Translations under genes and position numbers: made by a program
The notes under the pieces: generated by a model
What the model was told of the DNA's origin: nothing
Database searches by the model: none
What the model saw: only the letters and a program-made list of their open reading frames with translations
Part shown: positions 17,411 through 29,935 of the stretch, one piece after another
Layout: each line of letters opens with the position of its first letter
How positions within the stretch are numbered: the stretch's first letter is position 1
Assembly (NCBI GenBank): GCA_964016885.1
Contig: OZ024741.1
Coordinates: forward strand, 183,892,001 to 183,956,000
From: Eledone cirrhosa
Lineage: Eukaryota
Direction: 5' to 3'
DNA length: 64,000 bases

Positions 17411-17944
17411 ACACACACACACACGCACACACACACACACACAGCAATATATATACATATACACACACATATATGTATACGATGTAGCCTCACGGGCGCC
17501 GTCACGATATTCTAGACCACTCTTTTAAAGTTTAATTCCACTCATGCTTTTCTGTTCCTGAACACAGCCGATATCTTCCTGACAGAGTGAGGGTGAGAGA
17601 AGAAGAATCGATCTCATCACTGAACTGGTACATTATGTATCGACCCTAAAATGGCTTAAAGGCAAAGTTGGTTTGAACTGAGGGCGCAGAGAGCTCGAAC
17701 AAATACCGGCAGGTATTCTATTCGACAGTCCGACAGTGTAACAACTCTGACAATTTTGTGTATATGAGTCCATGTGTGCATCGCTGCATCTCTCCTTCTC
17801 TGTCTCTTTAATTCTTTCCTCAGATCGAGTCACAGTGATTTCGAGTTAGTTTGGCGTTCTACTCTTAGTAGTAGTGGTGGTGGTGGTGGTGGTGGTGGTG
17901 GTATTACTACTAGTCGGATTGGTAGCGGCTTTGGAGTAGTATAT

Positions 17945-19278
17945 GGTGGGATTGGCAGTATAGTTAGAGCGTCGGACATTATGCTTTGCGGCGTATAGTT
18001 GCGGTCCTCTACATTCTGTGTTCAAATCCTGCCGAGGTTAGCTTTGCCTTTCGTCCTTACGGGGGTTGATAAAATAAAGCACCAGTAATGCACTGGGGTC
18101 AATTTAATCGACTTTCCCTCCCAAATTGCTGGACTTGTGCCTATATAAGAAACCATTATTATCAAGGGAAGTGTATTGGCAGTATCGGTAGAGCATCGGA
18201 CAATATGCTTCGCAGCATTTAGTTACAGGCCTTTACGTTCTGAGTTCAAATCCTGCCGAAGTTAGCTTTGCCTTTCATCCTTACGGGGTCGATAAAATAA
18301 AGCACCAGTAATGTACTGGGGTTGATTCAATCGACTTTACCCTCCCCTTCAAATTTCTGGCTTTGTGCCTAAAGTAGAAACAATTATTATCAAGGCCGGT
18401 AGATTAGCAGAATCGGTAGAGCGTCGGCAACATGCTTCATGGAATAGAGTTACGGCCCTTTACGTTTTAAGTTTAAATCCCTCCGACATTAGCTTTGCCT
18501 TTCATTCTTACGGGGTCGATAAATGAAGCACCAGTAACACACTGGAGTCGATTTAATAGACTTTTCCCTCCCCCAAAATGTCTAGCCTTGTACCTAAATC
18601 AAAAACCATTATTATTATTATTAATAATTGTTTCTACGTTAGGCACAAGGCCAGCAATTAACCAGTGCATTACTGGTACTTTATTTTATCGACCCTGTAA
18701 GGATGAAAGGCAAAGTCAACCTCGGCGGGATTTGAACTCAGATCGTAAAGGAACGTAACTATGCTGGGAAGCGTGGCGTCCGACCCTCTACCGATACTGC
18801 CAATCCACCACCCTTATTACCCATTATTATTATTAATAATGATTTCTAGTATATACACAAGGCCAGTAATTTGGGGGGGGGGGGAGGAAAGTCGATTAAA
18901 TCGACCCCAGTATGTTACTGGTGTTTTATTTTGTCGACCCCGTAAGGATGAAAGGCAAAGTTAACCTCGGCCGGATTTGAAATAAGACCGTAAAGGACCG
19001 TAACTCTATGCTGCAAAGAATGGTGTCCAACTATCTACCGATACTGCCAATCTACCGCACTATCATTATTATTAATAATATATCATCATTATAATTGGCA
19101 GTATCGGTAGAGGGTCGGACGCCATGCTTTGACGCATTGACATACGGCCCTTGCCATTCTGTGTTCAAATCCCGCCGAGGTTAACTTTGCCTTTCATCCT
19201 TACGGGGTCGATAAAATAAAGTACCAGTAATGTACTGGGTAATTACTGGCCTTGTGCCAAAAGTAGAAACAATTATTT
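17945..19278. mobile_element. Array of six adjacent SINE copies (+,+,+,-,-,+)
   Basis: Approximate copies: 17945-18163(+), 18166-18390(+), 18394-18622(+), 18623-18813(-), 18835-19058(-), 19095-19278(+). Each has an A-box-like TGGCAGTATCGG head, B-box, central domain and (ATT)n tail. Confidence 0.93.
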
Positions 19279-20835
19279 ATAATAGTAGTAGTAGTAGTAG
19301 CAAGCAGTAGTGTCATCAGTTATTGCTGTTATTGTTCTCCATTTCTGTATTCTGAAATTACTCTATAGGTAAGTGAGAAGGTGGCTTTTTGACCCTAATG
19401 CCCTAGTCTACTGGTACGTGAGAAGGGAATAAATGGACAATGATAGAATGTGAACCTCTATCTCTTCAGCAGCTAGATCGCTTCAAATATCTACACGTCT
19501 ATTTGCGATACCTTGCTACGTGTTGGTGAAAAGAAGAAGGGACATTTTTGCTAATTGTTGATGAATAAAAGATTTTTCCTTTAATTCAATTATTTCATTG
19601 CTTCACTGTTATGTTACATTGAGAAATACAAGCCTTCCTTGTGAATTTGTATTGTCATTTTGTCATTTTATTTTACTGACATACTCCTTAAATGATAATA
19701 CAAATCAAAAACTTCTGAATGGAAACAACGAAAAACTTGAAAGCTGACGTAAGGTGGACAACTGCCTGTGGGGAAATACGAAATCGCTTTCAGGGCATTT
19801 CATATAAACATTACAAGCAATAACAAAAATGAAAAAAGAAACACAAAAAATTTAACCAAAATCATAACGAAACGAAAACCATCTAAAACAAAATGCAATG
19901 ATTTTTTTATTAAATTATTTTAAAATGGTTTGTAATATTCAAATCTAACATGCACGATAAATAATTTAAAATTAAAAAATATGGCTTGAAATAATGTTTT
20001 ATTTTCATTACCAATATTATTGTTATTATTGTTGATCTTGCTATTGTTGTTTTAAAATATGATGTAGCCAATAAAGAAACAGCAAACCTCTAGTGTATCT
20101 TAAATATAATTTTCTCGTTTGGACTCTGCTATAAAGTGTTGATTTAAAAGAAAAAAAAAAATGAAGATTTAATAAAATTAAAAATTGTATATATTTAAAA
20201 ACGCTAATACGGTTTATTAAGATGCATTTTTCCCAAATGAAACGGTAGAAGGAAAAAAAAAATACTTTACGGCAAGAATAAACCAAATTCAAAATGGCAG
20301 CATATATTTCTTTCAACTATTATTGTTTTCTGTATGGGTGTCAGTGTACGTGCGAGTGTTCGTATGTTTATGCGAATATGCATCTAAGGGTGTTTGTCTC
20401 AATGTGTTTGTTTTCTATGTGCATATTTATGTCTGTATGTGCTTGCATTTGTGTTTCTCCATCCCCCCCACCTTCTCTGTATTTGTTTGTAGGCAACTGT
20501 TAATAACATTTCTGTATCTGACTTGTCGGTTTCTCACCTATAACACTCTCTTTCTCTCAATTTTTTCTTGCTCTTTCTCGCCTTTCTCATACCCTCTTAT
20601 CCAAAAATAGATAGCAAATAATGTTAAGAAAATTGACATCTCTCACTTGCAATCTATTTGCCACATTTTGACTTTAGGAAGACAGTGCTCTGTTTACTCC
20701 CACGGGGTCTAAGTGAAGGTAAAGGAAGGACTGATAGTGATGGAAGAGAATTAACAGACGTTATATATTATGAAGTGGTACAAGGGAATTCATAGACTAA
20801 GTCCTTGATAATTTGGCATTGTTGCTAATATTTAT

Positions 20836-21025
20836 GGATTGGCAGAACTGACAGAGGCGTCGGATTAAATATATTAGTAATATTGTACTGATGTTAGTTC
20901 TGGCTCTTTAAATTCTGATTTCAAATCTCGGCGAGGTCCATTTCGCCTTACATCGGGATACATAAAATAAAGTACTAATCAAGCGCTGAGATCGATTTAA
21001 TTGGCTAAACGCTCTCAAAATTTCT
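20836..21025 (+). mobile_element. Old degenerate SINE
   Basis: GGATTGGCAGAA head, TTCAAATC box, ATAAAATAAAGTAC motif. Confidence 0.65.
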
Positions 21026-21029
21026 GAGA

Positions 21030-21622
21030 AATTGGTGTAAAGAGCTGGAAGAAGGCGCTGTTTACAGAGTTACGGAGCTGTGTGATTGGAATATCTTGAA
21101 TCACCCTATGTGGATTTTCCTTCATATCTTTTTTTGTTTTCTACTTTATTCTTTATTGTCATTTATACTTACTATACTTAAATATTAACGTGTGTTTATT
21201 GTTATTGCTGAACTCGTCCTTTTCATGATGATCTACGCTTATACAATGGTCTCTTGTCTTCTTATATGCTTCACTGTCGTACTGTTCCAAATGTCTTGGA
21301 CCCCTATTATCAATAACACAGGTAAAATTGCGTTAAAACCAGTATAACGAAATTATTTCCAATCCCAGGCCACACGTTTAATGTGTTAGGTCGATCTCGT
21401 TATAAAGCATGTTTCGTTACAACGAATTTTTTAATACTCCGTGAATTTCGTTATAACGGAATTTGACTGTATAAATTATTATATTCTTAAATTTTTCATT
21501 GTTAATTGTTTTTGTTATTGTGTGTTTTTACTCAATTTTATGGTAAAACCCTACTGGCCCCGTCTTTGTATTGTCCCTTATATGTCGGCCATTGTGGCCA
21601 ATAAATGAAATAATTATTATTA
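21030..21622 (+). mobile_element. Tx1-like LINE 3' end finishing in (ATT)n, interrupted by a pogo/Tigger-like DNA element end (TIR ending 21469)
   Basis: The terminus TTTGTATTGTCCCTTATATGTCGGCCATTGTGGCCAATAAATGAAAT-(ATT) resembles the ends at 23774 and 29370. Repeated TTCGTTATAACG motifs and ...GAATTTGACTG|TA mark a pogo-type right end. Confidence 0.5.
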
Positions 21623-21630
21623 CTGATACT

Positions 21631-22055
21631 GCGGTGGATTGGCAGTATTGGTAAGGCGTCGGACAATATTCTTTGCAGCATAGAGTTATGGCCCTTTACG
21701 TTCTGAGTTCAAATCCCGCTGAGGTTTGTTTTTGCCTTTCATCCTTACGGGGTCGATAAAATAAAGTACCAGTCACGCACTGAGGTCGATTTAATCAACT
21801 TTCCCCACCCCTTAAAAAATTGGCTGGCCTTGTACTTAAAAGAGAAACAATTATTATTAATCATATTTGTTTCTACTTTTGGCACAAGGCCAGCAATTAT
21901 CCCAGTGTATTACTGGTACTTTATTTTATCGACCCCGTAAGGATGAAAGGCAAAGTTAACCTCGGTGGGATTTGAACTCAGACCATAAAGGGCCGTAACT
22001 CTATGCTGCAAACCATGGCGTCCGACCCTCCACCGATACTGCCAACCCACCGCCC
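21631..22055. mobile_element. Tail-to-tail SINE pair (21631-21858 +, 21866-22055 -)
   Basis: Two near full-length copies in opposite orientation, about 7 bp apart. Confidence 0.92.
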
Positions 22056-22188
22056 TATTTTAGAAATATTGATGCATTTCCTCCTAAATACTGCTTGTTG
22101 CACATATTTTTGTAGTTGATCTCCTCCTCCTCCTCCTCCTCCTCCTCCTCCTCCTCATCATCATCATCATCATCATCGTCATCATCAC

Positions 22189-22221
<33 letters not shown>

Positions 22222-22456
22222 GCCCTTTCCTCCTCCACCGCTTTTTCCTCAAATAATCTTTGTCATGTCAGGTGGATTATGAAACTGACCGCTAGGTGTC
22301 CTTCCTGCATACTCAATGCAATAGGTGTTGTCGTTGTCATTGGTGATCATCTAGTAGACGATCATGATAGTAATGATGATAATAGTGGTAGTGGCAGTGT
22401 GGTGGAGGTGATGGGGGTGATGATGGTGATGTTTAGAGGTGGCTGTGGTAGTAGTC

Positions 22457-22493
<37 letters not shown>

Positions 22494-22872
22494 GGGTGGT
22501 GTTAGCAATGAGATGTAAGTCACCTTCCTGACCTGCCAAAGGGTTACGATGTATCGATCAGCCACAGATGTTTATGACAAGTGTGTAATGACTTTTGACA
22601 AATGTAGTTCATTCGTTCCAAACAAGATAATTGGTTGCCATGGTTACATGCCAGCACCATCACGGCCATTACCTTCATCATCACCATCATCTGCATAAAA
22701 AAAAAAACATTATCACCACCCCAACCAACAACACACTAATACTACCTGCAACATCACCACCGTCACCACTGCAATCCTAATCAAAACCACAACTACTTAA
22801 AATCATTATATAATCACCAACAAAACCACCACAATCACTAGCGTGATAAGCTTCCAGGCTTGGGACAGACTA

Positions 22873-22950
<78 letters not shown>

Positions 22951-22951
<1 letters not shown>

Positions 22952-23774
22952 GGGCGACTGGCACATCGAATGTGGTCAGGCGTTCACAGTCCTCTGGTAA
23001 ACGGACCCGGCGATCAGTGGAGACTCCACTTCGACATTCTATAGAGGGTTGGTCCGCAGTAAGTGCGACGACACGCTCGGAGAAACTCTAGTCGTAGAGA
23101 GGACGAACTGGCCAGTCTGTTCGGTAGGACCTTCCGCCCGGGACCAATGGACAACTTCCAAAAGTCCATGGCCTGGCAGTGCTACCAAGGAGCTCTACCA
23201 GTTCGAGACAAGCTCCACAGACACGGGCGCCCGGGTAGGGACCCTTCGAAAAAATTCTGTCCGAGATGCGTGCGCGACGGTTTCCTCAAAAACGAAGGAG
23301 AGGGGGTTTTCCTATGTGTTATGGCTATGGTGAAAGAGGTTATATGGTGGACGAGGTTAAAAGGGCTGAGGTCAGACACCTTTTTCTCCGGCGAGCAACT
23401 GATTCGTTTTTTCAAATATCATTTTGGAAGAAGAATCAGGGTGGAGAGAGAAGTGCTGTACTCCAGCAAATTTTATAAAAGGTGGGTGAATGTGGCAAAG
23501 ATAGCCCGAGTGGTTTGGCCATCTCTATATATAAGCCTGTAGGTTGAGGAAAAAGAGGAAGAGAGGAAGGGAGTACTCACTCTTGGTGCTCCTGGAGATG
23601 AGGATTGTACATTTTTTCGGGGTGTGTACAACCCCTGTGTAACGCCTCCCCCCTATTGAGGATATCAATTGTTATTTGTTATTTTATTAATAGTTTTATT
23701 TTCATATACCTGTATGTAAACTCCCCATTTGTATTTGTCCCCTTCTTTTGTGCCCTTGTGGCTAATAAAGAAAT
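22951..23774 (+). mobile_element. 5'-truncated Tx1/L1-clade LINE (ORF2 C-terminus and 3' UTR) inserted in (TATC)n
   Basis: Translation AWQCYQGALPVRDKLHRHG...CPRC...FFKYHFGRRIRVEREVL...RWVNVAK resembles the zf-RVT region of Tx1 ORF2 (with an internal deletion). It ends AATAAAGAAAT and has (TATC)n on both sides. Confidence 0.8.
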
Positions 23775-24391
23775 GTATCTATCTATCTATCAATCTATCT
23801 ATCTATCTATCTATCGATCTATTTATTTATCTATCTATATGTATGTATATATCTATATATCTATATAAGCGTATATATATAAGAAAAGACATTTTCTTTA
23901 TATGTGTATGTATGTGCATGTGTTTATATATATGTATGTATGTGTATATGTATATGTGTGTATTTATAGATGTGTTCGTATGTATGTATGCTGCACACGT
24001 GTGGGTGCTTGTGTGTATGTGTGTGTGTGGTGTATGTGCGTGTATATGTGTGATTATAAAGACTTGACCATTCTGTATACTTTAACACAGCATGTTAACA
24101 CAGCCACTTAAAGAATTTCCTTTTTGTCTGCTTAGCATAATTGAACCTTGAAAAAAAAAATGTATGTATGTGTGTGTGTGTATGTGTGTACATATATGTG
24201 TGTGTATATATATATGTATATGTGTGTATATATGTATATATATGTATGTGTATGTAAGTATGTGTGTATGTATGTGTGTATGTGTGTGTGACAGCTCCCA
24301 CCTATGCAGGTTTAGCTGGCCTCCTCCAAGGTATATCTCGTTGGAAGTGTCTTGGGTAATTTAATGATAGGGACCCCAGTCCTATCATCGC

Positions 24392-24528
24392 ATTTCTACA
24401 GCTGAGTAAACTGGAGCAACATAAAAAAAGTGTCTTGCTCAAGAAAACAACACATCACCCGGTCCGAGAATTGAACTCACAACCTTTCGATTGCAAGCCC
24501 AATGCTCTAACCACTAAGCCATGCACCT
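24392..24528 (-). mobile_element. tRNA-derived CORE-like SINE (second family)
   Basis: Minus strand: TGGCTTAGTGG (A box), GAGTTCAATTC (B box), TTCTTGAGCAAGACACTT...TTGCTCCAGTTTACTCAGCTGTAGAAATG. Confidence 0.75.
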
Positions 24529-24548
24529 TCACAAATATATATGCATGA

Positions 24549-24594
<46 letters not shown>

Positions 24595-24609
24595 CTGTGT
24601 GTTGTTGTG

Positions 24610-24651
<42 letters not shown>

Positions 24652-24927
24652 ATTGTAGACACCTGACCATTTTGCAGACCTCCCCAATGAATATCCATTG
24701 TTTACTTAGAATAAATGAACCTTAAAAATTAAGAGTGCCTCTCAGTGTGTTCGAGTTTGTCTATTGGTACTTAGCTTCAATTCTTTTCTGCCTTTGTTTC
24801 TCTAAATATAGTTTTTAAAGAGTCCCCTTTCTTTAAATCCATCAACCAGTGACCTCCACCCATCCCAATCTCCACCCTCTCTTACCACCTGAAAATGCAT
24901 AAATAACTCCATATTATTTGGACAGTC

Positions 24928-25063
24928 GGCTTCCTGATAATTTCTCCCAAATAAAACAGATCTAATCCTGTAAAAGCCATTTCTATATTAAATATTTATA
25001 TTCTGCTATGTATTGAGTACCTTACTTACAGTGGTTACCTCCGATGGAACCCGGGATAAACAT
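24928..25063 (+). mobile_element. Penelope-like terminal remnant (family A) with a decayed hammerhead
   Basis: GGCTTC-CTGATAA-TTTCTCCCAAAT-AAAA-CAG..CTG-TA-AAAGCC, then TGTATTGAGTACCTTACTTAC.GTGGTTACCTCCGAT shared with 4239-4276. Confidence 0.7.
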
Positions 25064-25248
25064 ATCTATATTTCTCTCTTTCTCTCTCTCTCTATATATA
25101 TATATATAGAAAGAGAGAGAGAGAAATGAAATGTTGGAGAATACACCAAATTCTTGAACAAATATATTTAATGGCTTACAATTGTTTCAGAAATCATATC
25201 AGAATTCAGCTCATACAAATGAAAATTATCGATTATATAATCGTTGAG

Positions 25249-25317
<69 letters not shown>

Positions 25318-25319
<2 letters not shown>

Positions 25320-25640
25320 GTCGGCAAATTCAGCATTCGATACCTTTTTCGCCCTAACTCTCCAAAAGTCAGCTCAAAAGTGACACAGAGGAGATTGAGG
25401 TTAGCTGGACATGCTCACCGACATCCAGAGTTGACATTGCACTCAGTGCTCGTTTGGGAGCCCCTACATGGACACACTAGAAGAGGAAGACCAAGGTTAA
25501 CGTATGTTGATGCCCTAAGGAAATACACTGGTCTGTTGGAGACGCAGGACATGGCAGCGATAATGAGGGACAGAAACCGCTGGAGAGAACTCGTCCATGG
25601 ATCTCGGGAATTTTACCCGCCTTAGAATAGAATAGAATAT
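25318..25640 (+). mobile_element. RTE-clade LINE 3' end
   Basis: RRLRLAGHAHRH...VWEP..G...RGRPRLTYVD...DRNRWR is the typical RTE C-terminus. The stop is followed directly by an (AGAAT)n tail, within (TA)n. Confidence 0.85.
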
Positions 25641-25743
25641 ATATATATATATATATTATATGTGTGTGCGTGTGTGTGTGTGAAAATAACCTTGAACACG
25701 GCTTTAAAAAGTCGGGTAAAATACCCCTATAGAGAGAAAATGT

Positions 25744-25819
25744 GGCCGCTACAGAGAATCGAACTCTGTACCTCTCAGATTCCGGCTGAGAGCTCTATAC
25801 CATTGAAGTAAACGACGTC
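25744..25819 (-). pseudogene. tRNA-like sequence (pseudo-tRNA or SINE head)
   Basis: The minus strand has an anticodon-like arm CTCAG-CCGGAAT-CTGAG and a T arm CAGAG-TTCGATT-CTCTG. The D arm and acceptor stem pair poorly. Confidence 0.55.
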
Positions 25820-27292
25820 GGACGATAGTTACTGTCTTAAATAACGCTAAATATTAACGTTTCATGTTGCGCCTTCTGTCAGGAGTTGCGACCGGTAGAT
25901 AGTGTCAGCAATGGAAAGACCAATGGAAATATTGTTTCCTTAGTTCGATTTGACGAGGCCCACCCCACACGGGAAATATACAAAGTACAGTTCATCTCGG
26001 TGGGATTTGAACTCAGAACTTGAATAACATTGACGGATGTACGAAGGAAAGTGCCATTATATTGAAGAAGCGATTTGTTGAATCACTAAACGCTAATTAA
26101 TAAACATTCACACCAAGCAGTTAAGGAAAAATATAAATCCTTTAAGGTCGTTTGTCAAATACATACACTTTTTAGAACTACAATCGAAAGAGTTTTAAAA
26201 AGTAACTTCTTCCAATGACGGGTATGACAGGTACATTTGTACAACGGAATAGTCTGTTAGTGAACTTAACACACTCGTGGTTGAACATGTATACTTTTAA
26301 TGTAGTTTCCAGGGTGTTTCAGCATTACACAGTGTGTGACAAGACAGATCCTTGGAATTATATGTACAACAGAGTGGACTGTGACAACGTGAAATATAAT
26401 ATCATGCTCAACGACACAACACAACTATGTGAATTGCAATCAAGTTCTTGATGCGTTCACAGTTTCAAAAATAGTAATTATTTGGCAAACAAACTTCCTT
26501 ATCAGAAATTTTTTTATATTTTAAAAGGTGTTAGAAGCTTCAGATTAAGAATGCCTCGGTATTTGGTTAAGCTTAATGCGCTTTAAGATCAATTCTTGCT
26601 TTGAGTCATCTTTAGCTTTCACCCTTTCGATGTAAAATATTAAAGTGCGAGTCCAGTACTGGGAATCGATTTGTTTTTTTCTCTCGAAGAAATCGACTAT
26701 GTTTCGAACTACTGAGGGATGGATCCTGCCCCGTTTAAAATGCCCAAAATACGCCGTATGAGGATGGCGCCACTACGACTTCTCTAGAAGTTAAGTGTCA
26801 TTTACTTTACCTTATATGTTAAAAACATTTCCTTAATAAAGTCACACTTTCATACTTTCTAACGTCATTTATATGTTTGACAAATAAATTCCCTACCAAT
26901 TTAGAAATAATATTTTCTAATATTTTCTGTTATTTTTATTAATTTGTTCATGCAATAAATATTCCGTGTTCTCGGATTTCTATACTTCAGAATTTGAGCA
27001 TATAGGCGCTCGGATTCAGCCATTCGGTGTTATGATCAGCAAAGTCACACACACACACACACACACACATACACACACACACGCACATGCACACGCACAC
27101 GCACACACACACACACAGACACACGCACACACATACACACACAAACACGGACATAAACACACGAACACACAAGCGCTAATTCACATACATGCAGACATAT
27201 ACGCACAAACATATATTTGTGTATAATATATTTATATATGTGTGTGTCTGTATCACTCTCTCTCCCCAGTACACACGTAAACACACACACAC

Positions 27293-27361
<69 letters not shown>

Positions 27362-27779
27362 TATAGATATATAAAGACGGAAATGCACGCGAAAATATAT
27401 CTAATATTATATATTTTATATTATATTAGATTATTAAAAATGTTTATCATCCAATATTTATACACATTACATTTTATACTATTAAATATCAAATACTGTT
27501 TATCATCCACAGTTTATAATATTATCAAATATTAAATACAATTTATCATCTGGTAAGATTAGTCGAGTAGAATTTAATCAGTTTTCATAGATATCAAACT
27601 TTTTTTGTATATTTGGGCATACCTCAAAATGCAAATTTATGACGGAAAATGCTTTTATTCTACAGGTAGCCCATTTTACATTTAATTATATGTGCAGACC
27701 TTGGAATATCTTCTTCCTTTTCATTTTGGAATTTTGTTCAACCATTTCTATGTTGACTACATTCTTAATTGTGTAAACA

Positions 27780-27861
<82 letters not shown>

Positions 27862-27862
<1 letters not shown>

Positions 27863-28333
27863 TTCCTTTGTGTGATAGCTATGGCGAAAGAGGTTGTATG
27901 GTGGACAAGGTTGAAAGGGCTGAGGTCAGACACCTTTCTCTCCGGCCAACAACTGATTCTTTTTTTCAAATACCACTTTGGAAGAAGAATCAGGATGGAG
28001 AGAGAGGTGCTGTACCCCAGCAAGTTTTATGAAAGGTGGGTGAAAGTGGCGAGAATGGCCCGAGTGAATGGGCCTTCTCTCTATATCAGCCTGTAGATTG
28101 AGGAAAAGGAGGAGGAGAGGAAAGGAGTACAAGCTCTTCGTACTCCTGGAGATGAGGGTTGCACATTTTTTCGGGGGTATGTGTTACCCATATAAACTGT
28201 CTCCCTCTATTGGGGAAAATCGACTAACTTTTAAATTCCATCTGTGATAGTATTTTACACGTTTTTATTGTATGTAAACTTCCCCCTTTGTATTTGTCCC
28301 CTTCTTTTGTGCCTCTGTGGCTAATAAAGAAAT
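27862..28333 (+). mobile_element. 5'-truncated Tx1-like LINE 3' end inserted in (TATC)n
   Basis: Homologous to 23328-23774 (FLCVIAMAKEVVWWTRLKGLRSDTF...SLYISL*); (TATC)n on both sides. Confidence 0.85.
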
Positions 28334-28334
28334 A

Positions 28335-28370
<36 letters not shown>

Positions 28371-28371
<1 letters not shown>

Positions 28372-28612
28372 CTGTGCTCCTCTCTGTGCTCCTGAGGAGA
28401 AGGGTTGCACACTTTTTTCTAGGATGTGTGCGACCCCCAAGGTGCCTCCTCCCTATTGAGCATTTTGTTATTAAATTTATTTTTGTTATATTTTATATAT
28501 TATTTTTTATATCTTGTTATTGCCTCCTCCTTATTGAGGACGCCTTTTTATGTAAACTCCCCCCATTGTACTTGTCCTACTCTTTGATGCCCTGGTGGCA
28601 AATAAAATAAAT
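28371..28612 (+). mobile_element. Tx1-like 3' UTR fragment between (TATC)n tracts
   Basis: Matches the 3' UTR of the two other copies (GGGTTGCACA.TTTTT, TGTAAACTCCCC, TTGTCC, AATAAA). Confidence 0.75.
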
Positions 28613-28677
<65 letters not shown>

Positions 28678-28702
28678 CATATGTGTGTGTATATGTTACA
28701 TA

Positions 28703-29325
28703 TAATAATTGTTTCTACTTTAGGCACAAGGCCAGCAATTACCCAATACATTACTGGTACTTTATTTTATCGACCCCGTAAGGATGAAAGGCAAAGTTAA
28801 ACTCGGTGGGATTTGAACTCAGACTGTAAAGGGACGTAACTATGCTAGAAAGCATGGCGTCCAACCCTCTACCGATACTGCCAATCCACCGCCCTTGTTA
28901 AATATAATGGTTTCTGATTTAGGCACAAGACCAACAATTTTAGGGGAGGGGGAAGTCGATTAAATCGACCCCAGTGCGTGACTGGTACTTTATTTTATCG
29001 ACCCGGTAAGTATGAAAGGCAAAGCTAGCCTCGGTGGAATTTGAACTCAGAACATAAAGGGCCGTAACTCTATGCGGAAAAGCATGTTGTCCAACGCTGC
29101 ACCGGTACTGCCAATCCACCGTCCTAATAGTGATAGCAATAATAATTGTTTCTACTTTTGGCACAAGGCCAGCAATTACTCCAGTGCATTACTGGTACTT
29201 TATTTTATCGACCGGCAAGGATGACAGGCAAATTTAACCTCAGGGGGATTTGAACTCAGAACGCCAAGGACCATAACTCTATGCTGCAAAACATGGTGTC
29301 TGATACTCTACTGATAGTGCCGATT
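28703..29325 (-). mobile_element. Three tandem SINE copies
   Basis: About 28703-28894, 28903-29124 and 29140-29325. The first is bracketed by TGTTA(C/A)ATATAAT at 28694-28706 and 28896-28908. Confidence 0.92.
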
Positions 29326-29331
29326 TCTCTC

Positions 29332-29369
<38 letters not shown>

Positions 29370-29370
<1 letters not shown>

Positions 29371-29738
29371 TTTCTTTATTAACCACAAGGGTTTACATAA
29401 AGTAGACATTAAGGACAGTGCAGGACAATACGGGACGGTACAAATGGGCATTTCTGCGTGTAAAAAACAAAAACAGAGGATGTAACAAAAAAATAACAAT
29501 GAAAAATTCCCCAATAGGGGGGAGACTTCGGAGTGACATTTGTGGAGAAAGCCCAGTAAAAGGCCACAGTGACCCTGACCACCAAGGAAAGTGCCCTCTC
29601 CCAGTTTTCCACCTTTAATTTACAGATACGTACTCAGAGTAGGCCCATTTACTTGGGCCATTCTTGCTTCTCTCACCCATCTTTCAACAAAATGCTGGGA
29701 AGAGACCACTTCCCTCTCTACTCTGATTTTCCTTTTCA

Positions 29739-29740
<2 letters not shown>
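29370..29740 (-). mobile_element. Tx1-like LINE 3' end inserted in (ATT)n
   Basis: Minus strand LKRKIRVEREVVSSQHFVERWVREARMAQVNGPTLSTYL*, homologous to the (TATC)n copies. It ends AATAAAGAAATC-(ATT)n, with (TAA)n on both sides. Confidence 0.85.
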
Positions 29741-29772
<32 letters not shown>

Positions 29773-29774
<2 letters not shown>

Positions 29775-29935
29775 CCCGCTTTTTGGAACACTTCAAAAGG
29801 CATGCTTGCTGGTAACAGCAAGAACCCTCCGATACGTTCTGAATGTCTGAGGCTGCAGGTAGCGGCTTGATATTCATTTCAACAAACTTTCCAGTTAAAT
29901 AACATCAATGACTGTAACTCCAAGAATAACAATAA
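29773..29935 (+). mobile_element. R4/Dong-like (restriction-like endonuclease) non-LTR 3' end in (TAA)n
   Basis: LQKACLLVTARTLRYVLNV* resembles the LQK..LLGTA.ILR.VL terminus of R4/Dong elements; AAT-rich repeats on both sides. Confidence 0.6.

Noticed and set aside
22540-22706. Minus-strand polypyrimidine tract plus CAG suggesting an exon starting at 22690
   Set aside because: No recognisable protein in the frame examined and no neighbouring exons to support it.
25744-25819. Functional tRNA gene (GGA anticodon)
   Set aside because: Acceptor and D stems do not pair well, the base before the anticodon is C rather than U, and there is no long variable arm expected for Ser.
26700-27045. Possible Helitron/DINE-like non-autonomous element before the (CA)n tract
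   Set aside because: Only a general resemblance; no subterminal inverted repeats or terminal hairpin could be identified.
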